The notes below the pieces were generated by a model that saw only the letters and a program-made list of their open reading frames with translations, ran no database searches and was not told where the DNA came from. Below, one piece after another: positions 63,551 to 64,000 of a stretch of DNA of 64,000 nt. The translations under genes were made by a program, and so were the position numbers. The stretch's first letter is position 1; every line of letters starts with the position of its first letter. Location: contig CAYQXD010000001.1 in NCBI GenBank assembly GCA_964421315.1, positions 1,464 through 65,463 of the forward strand, given 5' to 3'. The stretch is from an uncultured Thiotrichaceae bacterium. Lineage in GTDB: Bacteria > Pseudomonadota > Gammaproteobacteria > SZUA-229.

Positions 63551-64000
63551 CTATGCCGCTTCAGATTTAACAACATTTAATGCTGACAAAGGTTCCTCAT
63601 TCTGCTCAACAACATCTGCCACTTCTTCCCCGGGGCATCGTTGCCGCTTATAAAGAAACTGTAATACTTCATGGCGATAGTGATTGTATTGTTCATTATC
63701 CGATAACTCAACCCGGTCTCGCGGACGGGGCAGGTCAATTTTAAGGATTTCACCAATGTTTGCCGCTGGCCCGTTGGTCATCATTACAATGCGGTCTGAT
63801 AGTAAAACCGCTTCATCCACATCATGGGTGATCATGATCACTGTATTTCCCAGCTCTGCATGAATTTCCATTAAGGATTCCTGCATATGGGCGCGGGTTA
63901 ATGCATCCAGCGCACCAAAAGGCTCGTCCATCAGTAATACCTTAGGCTCCATCGCCAACGCCCTGGCGATACCAACACGCTGTTTCATGCCGCCGGAAAG
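63551..64000 (-). CDS. ABC transporter ATP-binding protein (NrtD/SsuB/TauB-like), N-terminus beyond the window edge
   Basis: The signature LSGGMKQRVGIARAL sits at the window edge, followed by the Walker B LLMDEPFGALD and the H-loop ITHD. The gene is partial. Confidence 0.8.
   Translation of the reverse strand, partial: LSGGMKQRVGIARALAMEPKVLLMDEPFGALDALTRAHMQESLMEIHAELGNTVIMITHDVDEAVLLSDRIVMMTNGPAANIGEILKIDLPRPRDRVELSDNEQYNHYRHEVLQFLYKRQRCPGEEVADVVEQNEEPLSALNVVKSEAA

Overview
This is an AT-rich, repeat-rich chromosomal window. The gene content looks gammaproteobacterial. The abundance of perfect long inverted repeats, heptanucleotide/14-bp/52-bp tandem repeats and an in-frame repeat inside a kinase gene resembles large sulfur-bacterium (Beggiatoaceae-like) genomes; that is inference only. 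Reading left to right: cysM is followed by an operon of a TonB-dependent receptor, a periplasmic binding-protein-like protein and a 1003-aa hybrid sensor kinase. Next come an M50 protease, an SbtA/SbtB bicarbonate-transporter pair and an assimilatory sulfate-reduction cluster. In that cluster cysI is split by one in-frame TAA. cysB follows, then a DsrC/TusE-like protein without the C-terminal cysteine, and a small group of regulatory-looking genes. A roughly 28-kb hydrogenase locus (19.8-47.9 kb) holds three hydrogenases arranged much like the Ralstonia eutropha H16 hox/hyp clusters. These are soluble NAD-reducing hoxFUYH-hoxW, membrane-bound hupSLC whose small subunit carries the O2-tolerance cysteine signature, and the H2-sensing regulatory hoxBC with hoxJ-hoxA. 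Their maturation genes are hupDFGHIJK, hypA, hypC, hypD, hypE, hypX, hypB and hypF, followed by a truncated extra hypC-like ORF. After that come a rhodanese, a His-rich NicO-family Ni/Co transporter, ligA-zipA-smc, queF, an FGGY kinase and cysZ. A 7-bp x6 microsatellite abuts the cysZ start codon. The window ends with slyX, two divergent unrecognised proteins bounded by repeat elements, a fusion of two CDGSH domains to a glutamate-synthase FMN domain, and a partial ABC ATPase. No rRNA, tRNA, CRISPR or transposase genes were found.
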